Shown piece by piece: positions 1-11,929 of a DNA stretch of 64,000 nucleotides. The translations under genes and the position numbers were made by a program. The notes beneath the pieces were generated by a model, which was not told the origin of the DNA, made no database searches, and was given only the letters and a program-made list of their open reading frames with translations. Source of the stretch: Podarcis erhardii (Eukaryota); assembly GCA_964252035.1 (NCBI GenBank), contig OZ176216.1; one strand, 5' to 3'. Numbering within the stretch: position 1 is the first letter of the stretch; each line of letters begins with the position of its first letter.

Positions 1-286
1 TTAATACAGCTTAACTTATGGGTTGCAGCTTTTAGCTGTGTGACCTATCCACACATTATCTCTGCCTTAGCTGGGTTTGTACTGTCTGCTTTCTGAAGTC
101 ACATTACACATATTTACTCTTTGAAAATCACTTTACACCGCTGGCCTATTTTTAAAGTTCACATTTTACAGAAGAGCAATGCTAAAAATAACCCCCCTTC
201 CCCCACAACTTAACCAGATCAGTTCAGCATTTGACATTTTACATGAATTCATTTGCATCTCATTTGTACATGTTTCTGCTTAATAG

Positions 287-401
287 GTGGAATGTAAGAA
301 AGCACAACCTAAAGAAGTGATGTTTCCGCCAGGGACGAGAGGAAGGGCTCGTGGATTACCATATACCATGGATGCTTTTATGCTAGGGATGGGAATGTTG
401 G
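287..401 (+). CDS. MSI2: Musashi-2 coding exon (end of RRM2 plus linker): [38 protein letters not shown](G)
   Basis: 115-nt exon with acceptor ...ttctgcttaatag|GTG and donor TTGG|gtaagt (phase 0 to phase 1). The peptide matches vertebrate MSI2 as recalled; MSI1 differs here. Confidence 0.98.
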
Positions 402-1318
402 GTAAGTGTGCAATAGATGAGCCATCGGCAAGAATGTGTCTATGTTTTCTGTACGTATTCCAAAGCTCAGAGCTGCCTAAACTGTTGTGTGCAATAGATG
501 AGCAGTCAGCAAGAGCCTGTTCCAAGATTCGGAAGTTCAAAAATTGCATGACTTGTGCAAGATACAGCGGTATGGACGATGGGGGCTCAATTATCCTTTC
601 TGTGCTAAAAGGCGATCACATGCACACTCTGGAATACCCAAATTTGCATTTAAATGGATATTTTCAGTGGGCCCTTCCACACACATTCACAAAAGCAGAA
701 TTATGCTTAAAACTGTTCTCTTCCTCCGCCTCTTCCCCCCACCCCACTCCCAAAGAATTGAGTCACACATTCTTAAAGGTATATTTGACAGTTCAGCACA
801 GATAATTAAAAATCTTCATGGCTTTAAATGGCACAGAAGATGGAGAAAGCCCAGCGAGAAACATAATAGCGTGGTTGTAGCAATAATTAGAAGTTCCAAG
901 GAGAGAGGACGGTATTTGAGCCCAGACCATTGTGTCCAGAAAGTACTAATTAAATGGGATAAATGGTATTTAATGCTGAAATTCTATTTGCGTGGCAGGT
1001 CATCTTAGTTATAATTGGCTCTCATTTGTTTCTCCTTAGCTGTTCTTCCTATATTACCTGACAACTGCTTGATTGTAACTATATATGAAAAACTGGGGGG
1101 AGATAGGTCTACCCCAGTGGAGATACTGATTATCCACCCCACTACCTCCCATCCCTTAAATGTTAAATTAATTCTCCTCACCTCTTTTTCCTTAATATCA
1201 TTGAGGTAGTCCTTGGCCACTCTTCTGTCTGAGCCCTGAGTATTCTAGCTAATCTTGGGCTTTTCCTTCCACAACCGCTGGGAAAGTCCTGGGCCTTGAG
1301 CACCTTATTCTAATAATA

Positions 1319-1542
1319 CAGTGGTACCTCGAGTTGCAAACGCTTCAGGTTACAAACTCCACTAACCTGGAAGAGTTACCTCGAGTTGAGAACTTTGCCC
1401 CAGGATGAGAACGGAAATTGTGTGCCAGCGGCGCAGCAGCAGCAAGAGGCCCCATTAGCGAAGCATGCCTCTAGTTAAGAACAGTTTCAGGTTAAGAATG
1501 GACCTCCGGAACAAATTAAGTTCGTAACTAGAGGTACCACTG
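1319..1542. mobile_element. Tc1/mariner (Tigger/pogo-like) MITE
   Basis: TIR CAGTGGTACCTC...GAGGTACCACTG with TA target duplication on both sides. A related copy lies at 13260-13496. Confidence 0.9.
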
Positions 1543-1874
1543 TAACTAGATTAATATGAAACAATTTGAATAAAACATATTAGCTTTGATATAAGCATTT
1601 CATTTTTTCTTTGTGTTTTTGTGAGAGTGGAGAAAGGAGAAACTGGGAAAAAAGAAGGGAAGACAAAATGGTGCAGTTCTCAGGTCCCTCTGTTCCCATA
1701 TGTAAGCTCACAAACTGTCACAGGGACCGATCATGTGAAAGGCTTTGCAGTGCAGAGTATGCAACCTCCAGTGCCCTCCAGGTGTTGTTGCATTCCAGCA
1801 TCCCTGATCATTGGCTATGTTCTGCTGGAGATGATGAGAGCTGTAGTCTAGCAAGATGTGTAGAGCATAATATT

Positions 1875-2001
1875 GGTAACTATGTGCCCACCAGATATTG
1901 TCAGACTACAGCTCCCATCATCCCTGACAACTGGCCATCCTGACTAGGGCTGACAGGGGGTGGAGTCCATCATGTGGAGGCCCACAGGTTGCCCATCCCT
2001 G
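1875..2001. mobile_element. Palindromic hAT-like MITE (squamate actacaactcccatc family)
   Basis: gactacagctcccatcatccctg ... ggagggccacaggttgcccatccctg. A second decayed copy sits just upstream (about 1785-1860). Confidence 0.6.
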
Positions 2002-5000
2002 CTTCTGGAAATAAATAAAAGTAAAGCCTGGCAGATGTATATAGCGAGAATGCAACAACACTATAAATAATATCTCACACGTAAATACTACAATAATATA
2101 AATGATTTGCTTTAGTTCTAAGTTCGCATGGTTCAGTGGTCAAAATCGCACCATTGTTTAGGGGAAATGTGATGTGATCGATTGATTTAAATTACCCCTT
2201 TTCTTGCTCATTTAAATCATTGATTACTATTTAAATCATTGATTACTATTATTTTATTGCTGATTTAAATCGCCTTAAACCAATCCACACTCCAAAAATC
2301 TGGAAAGGGTATTCAAAGCCAAGCTTACCACTGTTAATCAGAAGAAAGGTTTGACCCTGGGGCATATTTATGACTCAGTACTATTTGGGTTAGCTCTTGG
2401 ATTATTTTAGACATTAAAATAGAGCTGCCTGTGGAAACTGCAGGCTGGCACCTCAGTTGAAAAGAAATGGCATGTATGGGTTTTGGCAGATCATCTCTTG
2501 CCGCACAGGTGCCTGTTAGTGCATGTAGAGTGCATGGATTCATTAAGAGATCCAAATTGGTTCTGTTCCACTGGTTTTTGCAGGGTGACTCCTAATGTGA
2601 TCTTATTAGATTTTAAATCACCCTGACTTGCTCTGAATGAATGATTGATTCATGATGAAGGCCAGATGCTTAACTATCTGCTCCAGTTCTTCTCTGGCCC
2701 CCTCTATCCCCTTCCCAGCTCTTGGTTATTGAGGTAGCATCATTACGAAGCCGCCAAGTTGCAGCAGATAAGTCTGAGTCTGTCTTGTCCATTATGTGCA
2801 TGTATCCCTAGTTGCCTCCAACAAGTCAGCTTCAAGGTCGACGGCTGTCAGCGGATTCTCAGCATGCAATCAAAATTTTCCATTCCTTACTCGTCAGTTG
2901 CACAGCAGTGAAATCCCACCCATGAACAGAAGAAGGGTGTAATTAACTCATCAAGCAAAATTAGCACAGGGAGACTGTGATGTGGCCTGATATTTAGCCA
3001 AAGACCTTTAGTCGCACAATTGCATTGCTGATTCTCGGAGAATGAAACCAAGTATTTTTATTTTATTTTTTATACCCTTGAAAGCATTGTCTCCAGGTTG
3101 GCAGCCAGCCTTCCTCCAAAGCTGGTGAGGACTGGAGTCCATACAGCTTGGTCAACCTGAGCTTGGATTAAAAAGCATAATCAGTTCCCAGGATTGCTTT
3201 TCAAGAACTAACATAGGTGACCCATTCTGACTGCGTTTTCTAGGCAGCTACTTTAGGAGTCATTCCAGAAGCTAGAGTGTAGATACAAAACATTTAGTCA
3301 GAAGGTGCCTGTAGAAGAGAACATTTATATCAAAAGAATGGGTCTGGTACTCAGCAGCTCTGCTGGTGACCCACATGAGCTGTGGAGAGTTTTCATACAG
3401 GATATAAAGTCAGGGCTGCCTGAGATTATGCTCATTTGGGGGCTTCCCCCAACTGGGTCTTGGTAGACTAGCCATGGAGTCTTGTATCAGCGTTCAGTAT
3501 ATGGGCGCCATGCCCTGAGTGCCAGGGAACCCACAAAAAATCTGGGTGCTTAGCATCTACAACACGACGTAACTTCCAGTTACTGAAAGTCATGTTGGAG
3601 CCCTGACGCAGCCTCCCAAGACGATGTTGCCAGGCCTCTGAACAGGACGTAATCTCCGAGACCCCGTGAGGCCACGCCGCTGACTCAATGTGATGTCATG
3701 ATGTCATGATGTCACGACATCGTGTTACATCACAGGTGCCACTGGGCACCCATAACCTGGGGCCCAAGTCAGCGCCCCTGCTTCAGTGTCAGCAACTTGG
3801 ATGAAGAAAGACAAAATAGCATGCCAGTTTGATTAGCCCTCCTCCCCCATGCCAGATGTGAAACTCATGGCTTGGTTGCAATCAAGCAATAGGTTAATTA
3901 TCTGGAAGATTTGTCCCTGTGTCTGGTCTCTGTTGGCCCTCTGATTGTTACAGGGACCATGTGATATCACACTGATGTGAGTTACATTTGACTCTTAAAA
4001 GTTACATAGTGGGCCAAATTTGAGCTGGGCTGAGGTTCAGAGAGGTCGCACTTAGATGCAGATCGGTCCAGTTCTGATCTTACAGCCAACAGCTGTTCGT
4101 AATGGTCTGTTTTAGTACGAAGTGTATTTAGCATACAGTTTGCAGGGATGTTGAAACCAATCGTGGCAGCCAGTTTGCAGGTGTAGATGTACTTTTGTAC
4201 TGCTTTCAGTTGTTTAATCAGATGGGGAAATGCATGAATGCCTACTTTACTTCCTACTCTCTGGAGTCCTAGCACATTGAAATTTGTTCAAGCAGCCTCT
4301 CCAATTCCATAGGGGACTGTAGTGGAACAAAATAAAAGTTATGTTTGGTTAATCCTTCATGAAGATAAGGCCTTAACTTGAGACATAGGTCTTATTTTTA
4401 AAAAAGTAATGGACCCACATCCCAGTCTCAAGGTGTCCTTTGAGCGTGTGATTTTTTTATATGCCACACCTTTCCAATACAAAAACTTAGGGTTCCTTTC
4501 TTTTGTGTCCCCCCCCCCCCCCGGCAGTGGCAGGCATCTTAGCTGTGACCATCTGTTAAATACAATACCTAAAGCTTCTAACTCACCACCTCCTTTCCCT
4601 CCCAGGCTACAAAAAAGCTCAGCCAGTAAAATTTATATCTCTGGACCACTGAAATACTACCTGATGTGAACGTCTTAATTCCAGGAAGTCTCTGACTGAC
4701 TTTTTAATATTACTGCGGGAGCCAGACCACAGCTCCGCAATAGTGCACACGTTCAATCTAGCTGGGCTGCATTCATGCATAAAAGAGGCTTGTGCCCTTC
4801 AAAGAAAGTCATTCTTGTAGAGGAGATACTCCTTATGAGAGAAAGCAAAGGAAAGGGTGGCATTGGCACGAGTACACCAAAGGCTCGATGCCTTGAAGTC
4901 CCATTAGAAACCATCTCAGGCACCCACTAGCTTTTAGTGTTATTTCCAGGTGACATTTTTTGCAGAAGTGGAAATTGGGACAGTGGCTTGAGCTAAGACA

Positions 5001-5399
5001 AAGGAAGGAAAAGGCTGAGTAGAAGAGAAATCTCTCTCTCCCCCTCCTCCCTTTTCTTGGTCTTACTTCAGGAGTATAGTTTAGGTGATTAAGATGGCAG
5101 GGAGGATGGGGTGCCTCAGGCACTTGAAGCATACTCTTGAGGTTCATTTAAAACACGTAAAGGGTACATCTAAAAATCTGAACATTGCAAGCCCAGTTTC
5201 GCTTCAGCACCTGAGATTTAATTTTTTGGAAATGTCACAAGGAGGCAGTTTTCTTTCCAAGTAGATGGGTGGAAGATATGAGGTTCTACTAGCCTGGGAA
5301 CTCAGCACACACATATATCACATCACATAAATTCCGAATTACAAAGCCAAATTTTAAATTTTGTTGGGGGGACCCATATTTCAAGATCCGAAGGAGGAT

Positions 5400-6140
5400 T
5401 CTGATCATCTTCTTGCTACTGCGTTAATGTCCAAATCAATCCAAATCAGTCCAAACAGAGTTCATAATTCTATCCAGTCTTATCTTGCTGTTTCCACATC
5501 ACATCTTGTTCATATATTTTCTCTTTTTTCTTTATGATCTCTTCTGATAGTCTCCTTAAGCCGATAAACACCAATAATAATCCTGTGTGAATTTTCCGTT
5601 CTTCCAATCCTCAAATTGAGATGGTTTCCATATATCATCACCTTCATAGATAATAGCGCTCTTTCCATCATTAATTACAGAACTGTCATTCTTAAGTCCC
5701 ACTGAGGAGTTTCACCCACAATATAAAAACAGCTCTATTTCTCTATTTCTCCTCTCAGACTTAAGTCCTCCGACAGAACTTCCCAATATGGCGACGGCAT
5801 TTTTAACTGCGTCATTCCAAAGCTCTTATACATTCCACGCTTTTCTTAAAACATGCTTTGGTTCGAAAGTTTATCTCCACACAGCCTTAAATCCACAGCT
5901 TAAGTCCTTAAAACGACAATTCTGACTCGTGAGGGGAGGGGATTCTTGTTTAATCACATAAGGAAAGAAAGGAAAGTTTCCCCCCCTCCCCCATCAGTCA
6001 TTTGCCATACCGTATCTTGGCGTATCTTCTCATGTTTTATTCTTGTCTTGTTTTATCAGAGATCTCTTCTGTTAGCAGTCTTTACTCCCCCTCCTTCCTT
6101 GAGATATGTGCATTCCTTCATCCAAATTGTTTCTTTTGAA
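5400..6140 (-). mobile_element. Probable degenerate LINE (L1/Tx1-like) fragment
   Basis: Pyrimidine-skewed + strand (A-rich sense on minus). Contains cttcccaatatggcgacgg, which resembles lacertid L1-like repeats as recalled. No intact ORF. Confidence 0.35.
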
Positions 6141-6344
6141 GTTCTTGCAGCTAGTGGCGCGGATCAGGGACGGCGTCCAGGAGTGCCGGAATCCCACAGG
6201 AGGGCTTTGTGCCTAGTGCCCCCATCCCCACAAATTCGGAGGTGGCATAGGGCACAGCAGGCAAGGGAGGCTAATTACTTCCATCATAGCCTCCAAATTA
6301 CCTCGTGTGGGTTGGAGAGATGTTATTGTCAGCCATCTTCCTAT

Positions 6345-6360
6345 GCGCCCCCTAGTGGCC
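6345..6360 (-). promoter_or_regulatory. CTCF motif
   Basis: The minus strand reads GGCCACTAGGGGGCGC, essentially the CTCF core consensus CCASYAGRKGGCRS. Confidence 0.7.
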
Positions 6361-8997
6361 CCCATATTGAGCATTTTCTTTAGAGAGGGTCCAGTAGACA
6401 ACCCCTCCCATGGACCCTTAGATTCTGCAAGATTTAGCAGGAACACTGCAACATAGGAAAGTGCCTTAGTCAAGATATGGCCTTGTGAATAGTGTATTAG
6501 GTACCATGATTCAAGAAAAAAATGCTTTTACTAAGCAATTAAGGCTATGTTTTGTGCACATGTACTAGGGATTAATTCCCACCGAAATTAGTGGGACTTT
6601 CCACCAAGTAAACATGCATAGGCTCTGGTTGCTAGTTTTCCCACTCCAGGAAAAAAAGCTTGCAGCAAATTGAAAGGTAAACTAACTCAGCTGTTAAGTT
6701 TGAAAGGGTCTGGACATGTCAGGCTTCCGATCCTTGATTTCAAAATCGATACAAGCAAATTATTCTTTCCTTGACAAAACGGAGCTGGTACTCTCGGCAG
6801 TGGAGCTGCATTCTTATCTGAATGAGAAGGCGGATAGAGGGGAAGAGCTGATTTTCCAGGAGCCAAATGTTGAACACTCGCGTTCACACTGGGGAACTCT
6901 GGCAGCCGTCCACTTAGCAAAGCATTATCATGCATCCTGCTGCCTCGGAGGGTTGCCCCACAGGGGTGGCATTTGAGATCCAGGAAGACTTTCCAGATCT
7001 GCTTATTCTCCCTTTGCCCCAGCTGAGCAGGAGGCAGGGTGTCTGAGAGAGGGGCAGCAGAGTTGGGGTAGTTTTTGAGCCCTGCCACCTCTTTCTTGCC
7101 TGGTGTGCAGCAAGGACCAGGCTCCACTTCTCCATTTGAGCTGGCTGGAATTATTACTGGGGCCACACGTGGGCACATAATCCCACAGCAAAAGGTCAGT
7201 GAGAATCAGGCAATGTGCAGACACAGCCAGTAGCACCTGTACAGGCTTTCTGGCTGCATCTGTGCAGTACTGATGCACACAACCCTTTTACAACCAGGCT
7301 TCTCATTATGGTTGGGCAATGGTGACCGTCATGTTGCAAAGCTTATAAAGATCCTCCTGTCTGTGACGGAGAGTTCCTCTCGTCTGGAAACGGATTCCTT
7401 ATGCTTTGCACTCTCACATCAAGTCCAGCATTTTGGGGACATTTGCATCATGTTTAATGCTACACAGTCCCCAATTTAGTGGCACTTCCCAGAATTTTCC
7501 CACTTTCTTCTCAGGACCACTTTTCAGCTCCTCTCTCAGACATTGTGTTGAGCTTTTGAGTGTGCCAGTGTGCCTCCCAGCAGGCTTACCTGCTGGCAGC
7601 AATGGGCTGGAAGCTTCCATTTTAATTTCCCACTATGCTGTATGTTGGGCTGGTTGTAGTGGGCAGTTTGAGAAGCTTCTTGCTGCCATTAACTTGGTGC
7701 TCGAGTCACTTCAGAGTGTAGCACTACAAATGGCAGAAGTCTCCTATAAAAAGTAACAGTAAACTTGTATTGAATCCCAAGACTTGGCATTTCAGGGGTG
7801 TCAGTGGTCCCCAAGTTCTAGGGAACAGTGCCAGTGTTGGCTGCATGCCCACACTAGCCTGAAAATCTGCAGTGTTTCCTATCAGGCATCTGAAGAGCAG
7901 GGTTGCCCCAGTGTTTCTGTCTCTGGGCAAAGGAGAAAGAGTGGAGAAAGAAGTTGTGTTGTGAAAAGCATGTTTGATTGTTGATTTAGGTCTCTACTTT
8001 CATGGATAGGAAGTTCTCTCTTCAAGGGAGGTAATCGAGGCAAAGCCTTGATTTTTCAGTTTAGTGACAAGAGATAATTACTGCAAGATTGATCATTCGC
8101 CAGAAGTACTGAAGCAAATAAATTGCTCAGTACCCATTGCAAGGCAAGAATGGCGGCTAAATGGGAAATGGCGGATCGGCCTGCCTGCCCATAATTTGGC
8201 TTGATGAAGCATCCACATGGGCATGGTGTTAATGTGCTATTGATATTCAGCCAGCCAATTTCCCCCCGTGCGGATCAGGCTCTGACTCGTTAGAGCAGAG
8301 CTGGGCACTGCAGCGGCAAATGAAGAGGAAAATTGAAGTAATGTTGTATTATAAATTTATGATTTCATCTGCCTGACCTCGAGAAATGTTCTGTGATGGG
8401 ATATATGGATGAGAACCACTATCCAGTCAGCTGTATATTTTGTCTTTGTTGTTGGAAGTGATGCAGTTTCAAGGAAGTATGAAGCAAGGGGCTGGTGGGA
8501 GGGAGGGGGGAGTGACACAGGTGTGCTTGTGGTGTTCGGTGATCCTGGTTGATTGGTTTTGAGCCTCTCTTTCTCTTTTGCTTTTAAATTGAAGGAAGTC
8601 TTGTAGTCCCTGTGTTCTAGCACAAGATTTTTCTTACTCTGATCATCTTGCCACCTAAGGCTCATAACAGATAAAGTATACCTGTTCCCCTTTTCATGTA
8701 GGAACTAAAGTTGAGGAGCCGATTCATAAAACACATGGCTGTTTCCTGCACTCTAAGAAAGTGCAATGTGTGAGGACCAAACTAGGCATTTGGTTTTGTA
8801 ATGTCCCTCCCATTTTATGTAGTTATTTATTTCATTAAGTTTATGCGCTGCTCGACTGTAAAAGCAAACCTCAGAGCAGTTTACAACGAGGTAAAGCAGT
8901 AAAATCAAGAAAAATATACCACAATAGGTTAAAATATACAAAAAGTTAAAATACTGAAACAGGTTAAAATGCACATCAACTTTCTAAGCATCTGGAT

Positions 8998-9345
8998 AAA
9001 GGTAAAGGGGCCCCTGACCATTAGGTCCAGTCGTGGCCGACTCTGGGGTTGAGGCGCTCATCTCGCTTTATCGGCCAAGGGAGCCGGCGTACAGCTTCCG
9101 GGTCATGTGGCCAGCATGACTAAGCCACTTCTGGTGAACCAGAGCAGCTCATGGAAACACCGTTTACCTTCCCGCCAGAGCGGTACCTATTTATCTACTT
9201 GCACTTTGACGTGCTTTCGAACTGCTAGGTTGGCAGGAGCAGGGACCGAGCAACGGGAGCTCACCCCGTCACGGGGATTCGAACCACCGACCTGCTGATC
9301 GGCAAGTCCTAGGCTCTGTGGTTTAACCCACAGCGCTACCCGCAT
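8998..9345 (-). mobile_element. Sauria SINE (short-core subfamily)
   Basis: tRNA-like head with B box GGTTCGAATCC on minus, Sauria body, (ACCTTT)n tail. Confidence 0.95.
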
Positions 9346-9360
9346 CTGGGTAAGCTTGTC

Positions 9361-9415
9361 TAGCCGCCCAGAGTGGCTGGGAAACTCAGCCAGATGGGCA
9401 GGGTATAAACAATAA

Positions 9416-9420
<5 letters not shown>
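9361..9420 (+). mobile_element. 5'-truncated young LINE 3' tail (L2/CR1 clade)
   Basis: agccgcccagagtggctgggaaactcagccagatgggcagggtataaa followed by an (ATT)n tail. Confidence 0.7.
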
Positions 9421-9447
<27 letters not shown>

Positions 9448-9511
9448 CATCATTATCATTATTATCATTGTTATCATTGTTATCATTGTTATCATTATTA
9501 TCATTATTATC
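9414..9511. repeat. Compound microsatellite (ATT)n/(ATC)/(ATCATTGTT)n derived from the LINE tail
   Basis: Directly visible; explains the poly-I/M and N/D ORFs in the ORF track. Confidence 0.95.
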
Positions 9512-9852
9512 TAAACAAGAATGTTTTTCATAAGCACTGAAAATAATACAGTAAAGGCACCTGCTTGATATCAATAGGCAGCAAGTTCATTTTAAGCAAG
9601 AAAAAGCACTTTTAGAGAATTGATCAGAACTAGAGAATGTTGGTCCTTACCTATTGTTTCTAGATTCTCCCCAACACCACCTGTGGCTTTTTCTCTTTGC
9701 AGAGTCAATGAAAAACATGTGTTTCCCCACAGGAGGAAAAGGCACTTGGGGAATAGCAATTTGGACCAGGAAAGGGGTTAACACTTACCGTCTTGCCATT
9801 CCTTCAATTCAGGTTGCCCCTCCAGAAGTTTTGTACTTGTAACATTACAGTA

Positions 9853-10102
9853 CAGTCGTACCTTGGAAGTTGAATAGCATCTGTTCCGGAAGTCTGTTAA
9901 ACTTCCAAAACGTTTGGAAACCAAAGCATGGCTTCCGATTGGCTGCAGGAAGCTCTTGCAGCCAATTGGAAGCCGCGGAAGCCCCGTCAGGCATTCAGCT
10001 TCCAAAAATAGTTCACAAACCGGAACAGTCACTTCCGGGCTGGCAGTGTTCAGGAGCCAAAATGTTCAAGAACTAAGCTGTTTGAAATCCAAAGTACGAC
10101 TG
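9853..10102. mobile_element. Tigger-like Tc1/mariner MITE
   Basis: TIR CAGTCGTAC(C/T)TTGG...CCAAAGTACGACTG, TA flanks, internal palindrome gcttccgattggctgca...tgcagccaattggaagc. Confidence 0.9.
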
Positions 10103-10597
10103 TATCTCCACGTAGGTTGGCTTCGAGGGTGATTTTTAGTATTGTTTCCTCATGTTGTTGTGTTGTCCCCCTTTTCCTAGTATTTGTGCGCATCACATAT
10201 TCCTAACTGGCTCAGCATTTGTTGAAAACCCTGTAAAAGTGGATTGGAGGACTCAGGAGTCGTGCTGAGCCATGACCTGCACACATTACTAACCCTTTGT
10301 AAGGCCAGTTTGACAACTGTATGCTGGAAAAGTCATTCTGCAAACATACTCAGAAATGATGAGGAAAATGTACCTTAAAAATGTCTCTTCATGCCAACCT
10401 TCACACAAGATCCAGCTCTGGAGAATTGAATGGAAGAGGAGCAATACCTTATTCTCCAATATTTCACTTCTGAAAATATGCCCAAACCATCTTCTCACCA
10501 TTGTATTACAGCACTACTCTGACTGCTCTTATTTGCTTTACAATTATTTGCCTGCACTGTTTTAAAAGCTCAAAGGCTATTTGTTAGCGAAAGGTTT

Positions 10598-11039
10598 GTC
10601 AATGGTAGAGCATCTGCTTTGCATGCAGAAGATCTCAGGTTCAATCCTCAGCATCTCCAGGTGTGGCCGGGGGAGAACCCTGCCTCATACCCTGGAAAGT
10701 TGCTGCCAGTCAGTGTAGACAATACTGAAGAAGAAGAAGAAGAAGAGTTTGGATTTGATATCCCGCTTTATCACTACCCTAAGGAGTCTCAAAGCGGCTA
10801 ACAATCTCCTTTCCCTTCCTCCCCCACAACAAACGCTCTGTGAGGTGAGTGGGGCTGAGAGACTTCAGAGAAGTGTGACTAGCCCAAGGTCACCCAGCAG
10901 CTGCATGTGGAGGAGCGGAGACGCGAACCCGGTTCCCCAGATTACGAGGCTACTGCTCTTAACCACTACACCACACTGGCTCTCAGCTGAACTAGATGGA
11001 CCAGTGGTCTGACTTCAGTATAAGGCAGCTTCCCATGTT
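10598..11039 (+). mobile_element. tRNA-derived squamate SINE, interrupted by a second SINE
   Basis: Head tggtagagcatctgctttgcatgcagaag...ggttcaatcc; body ...gtagacaatactga | actagatggaccagtggtctgac... Confidence 0.8.
10729..10983 (-). mobile_element. CORE-type tRNA SINE with (CTT)n tail (Squam3-like), nested
   Basis: Minus strand: GCCAGTGTGGTGTAGTGGTTAAGAG...GGGTTCGCGTC head, CORE-like GGGTGACCTTGGGCTAGTCAC, tail (CTT)n. Confidence 0.85.
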
Positions 11040-11497
11040 TTGTGGGGGTTAGAATATAATTATCCTACAGTTATTTATCAAGGCATGCACAATGACAGGC
11101 TGTGTCCTCTGTAGCACCGTAATGTTCATTTGTCTGCATCTACATGCATGTGCTTTAGAGACAAGATGTAGCTTCATAACTCTAAGAACTTGGGGTGGAA
11201 GCTGAACCCTAGAAAGTAACAACTCTAAGAACACACATTAATTACATTTGACACAGTATTCCCGAAAGGCAAAAAGAGGGACATTTGCCAGAGACAGGTC
11301 CAAACAAACGAAACCAGAAAATAAGCCAGGTAAACAATAACAGTTGGAGCATATGCTGTAGATATGGATTCCATATTTGCACAATATATTTTCATAGGGA
11401 TCACCCACAGGAGCAGTTTGGTGCTTGGAAAATTAAATATGTGAATCTGCCCATGAACTGTTCTGGGAACAGTGCTTGTATGTCCCACCCCTTTACT

Positions 11498-11929
11498 TCT
11501 TGTTGTTTAGTCGTTTAGTCGTGTCCGACTCTTTGTGTCCCCATGGACCAGAGCACGCCAGGCACTCCTGTCTTCCACTGCCTCCCGCAGTTTGGTCAAA
11601 CCCATGTAGTAGCTTAGAGAACACTGTCCAACCATCTCGTCCTCTGTCGGCCCCATTCTCCTTGTGCCCTCCATCTTTCCCAACATCAGGGTCTTTTCCA
11701 GGGAGTCTTCTCCTCTCATGAGGTCGCCAGAATATTGGAGCCTCAGCTTGAGGATCTGTCCTTCCAGTGAGAACTCAGGGCTGATTTCCTTAAGAATGAT
11801 AGGTTTGTTTTTCTTGCAGTCCATGGGACTCTCAAGAGTCTCCTCCAGCACCATAATTCAAAAGCATCAATTCAGCCTTCTTTATGATCCAGCTCTCACT
11901 TCCATACATCACTACTGGGGAAACCATAG
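11498..11929 (-). mobile_element. RTE-BovB LINE 3' fragment
   Basis: ORF 11507-11854 (ILKEISPEFSLEGQILKLRLQY...SLEKTLMLGKMEG...LREAVEDRSAWRALVHG..KSRTRLND) is the BovB ORF C-terminus, degenerate. Confidence 0.93.

Larger units (their letters stand above)
8823..9588 (-). mobile_element. Old L2-type LINE 3' end hosting two younger insertions
   Basis: Host text ...ctaagcatctgg(g)taagcttgtcta|aacaagaatgttttt... rejoins cleanly once the SINE (8998-9345) and the LINE tail plus microsatellite (9361-9511) are removed. Confidence 0.55.

Noticed and set aside
287-805. 172-aa ORF reading through the MSI2 donor into the intron
   Set aside because: Similarity to MSI2 stops exactly at a consensus donor (G|gtaagt). 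The remainder is unrecognisable, and its length is comparable to several other chance ORFs (154-166 aa) in the window.
6687-7930. Cluster of overlapping 70-160 aa ORFs on both strands
   Set aside because: No recognisable domain, no consistent splice signals; expected in GC-balanced intron.
9250-9345. tRNA-like sequences with A/B boxes (also at about 10600, 10930-10980, 18810-18899 and 51850-51937)
   Set aside because: They are SINE heads continuing into SINE bodies; no complete cloverleaf or terminator, so not tRNA genes.
9187-9574. ORFs with poly-Ile/Met or Asn/Asp repeats
   Set aside because: Translations of a microsatellite and a SINE.
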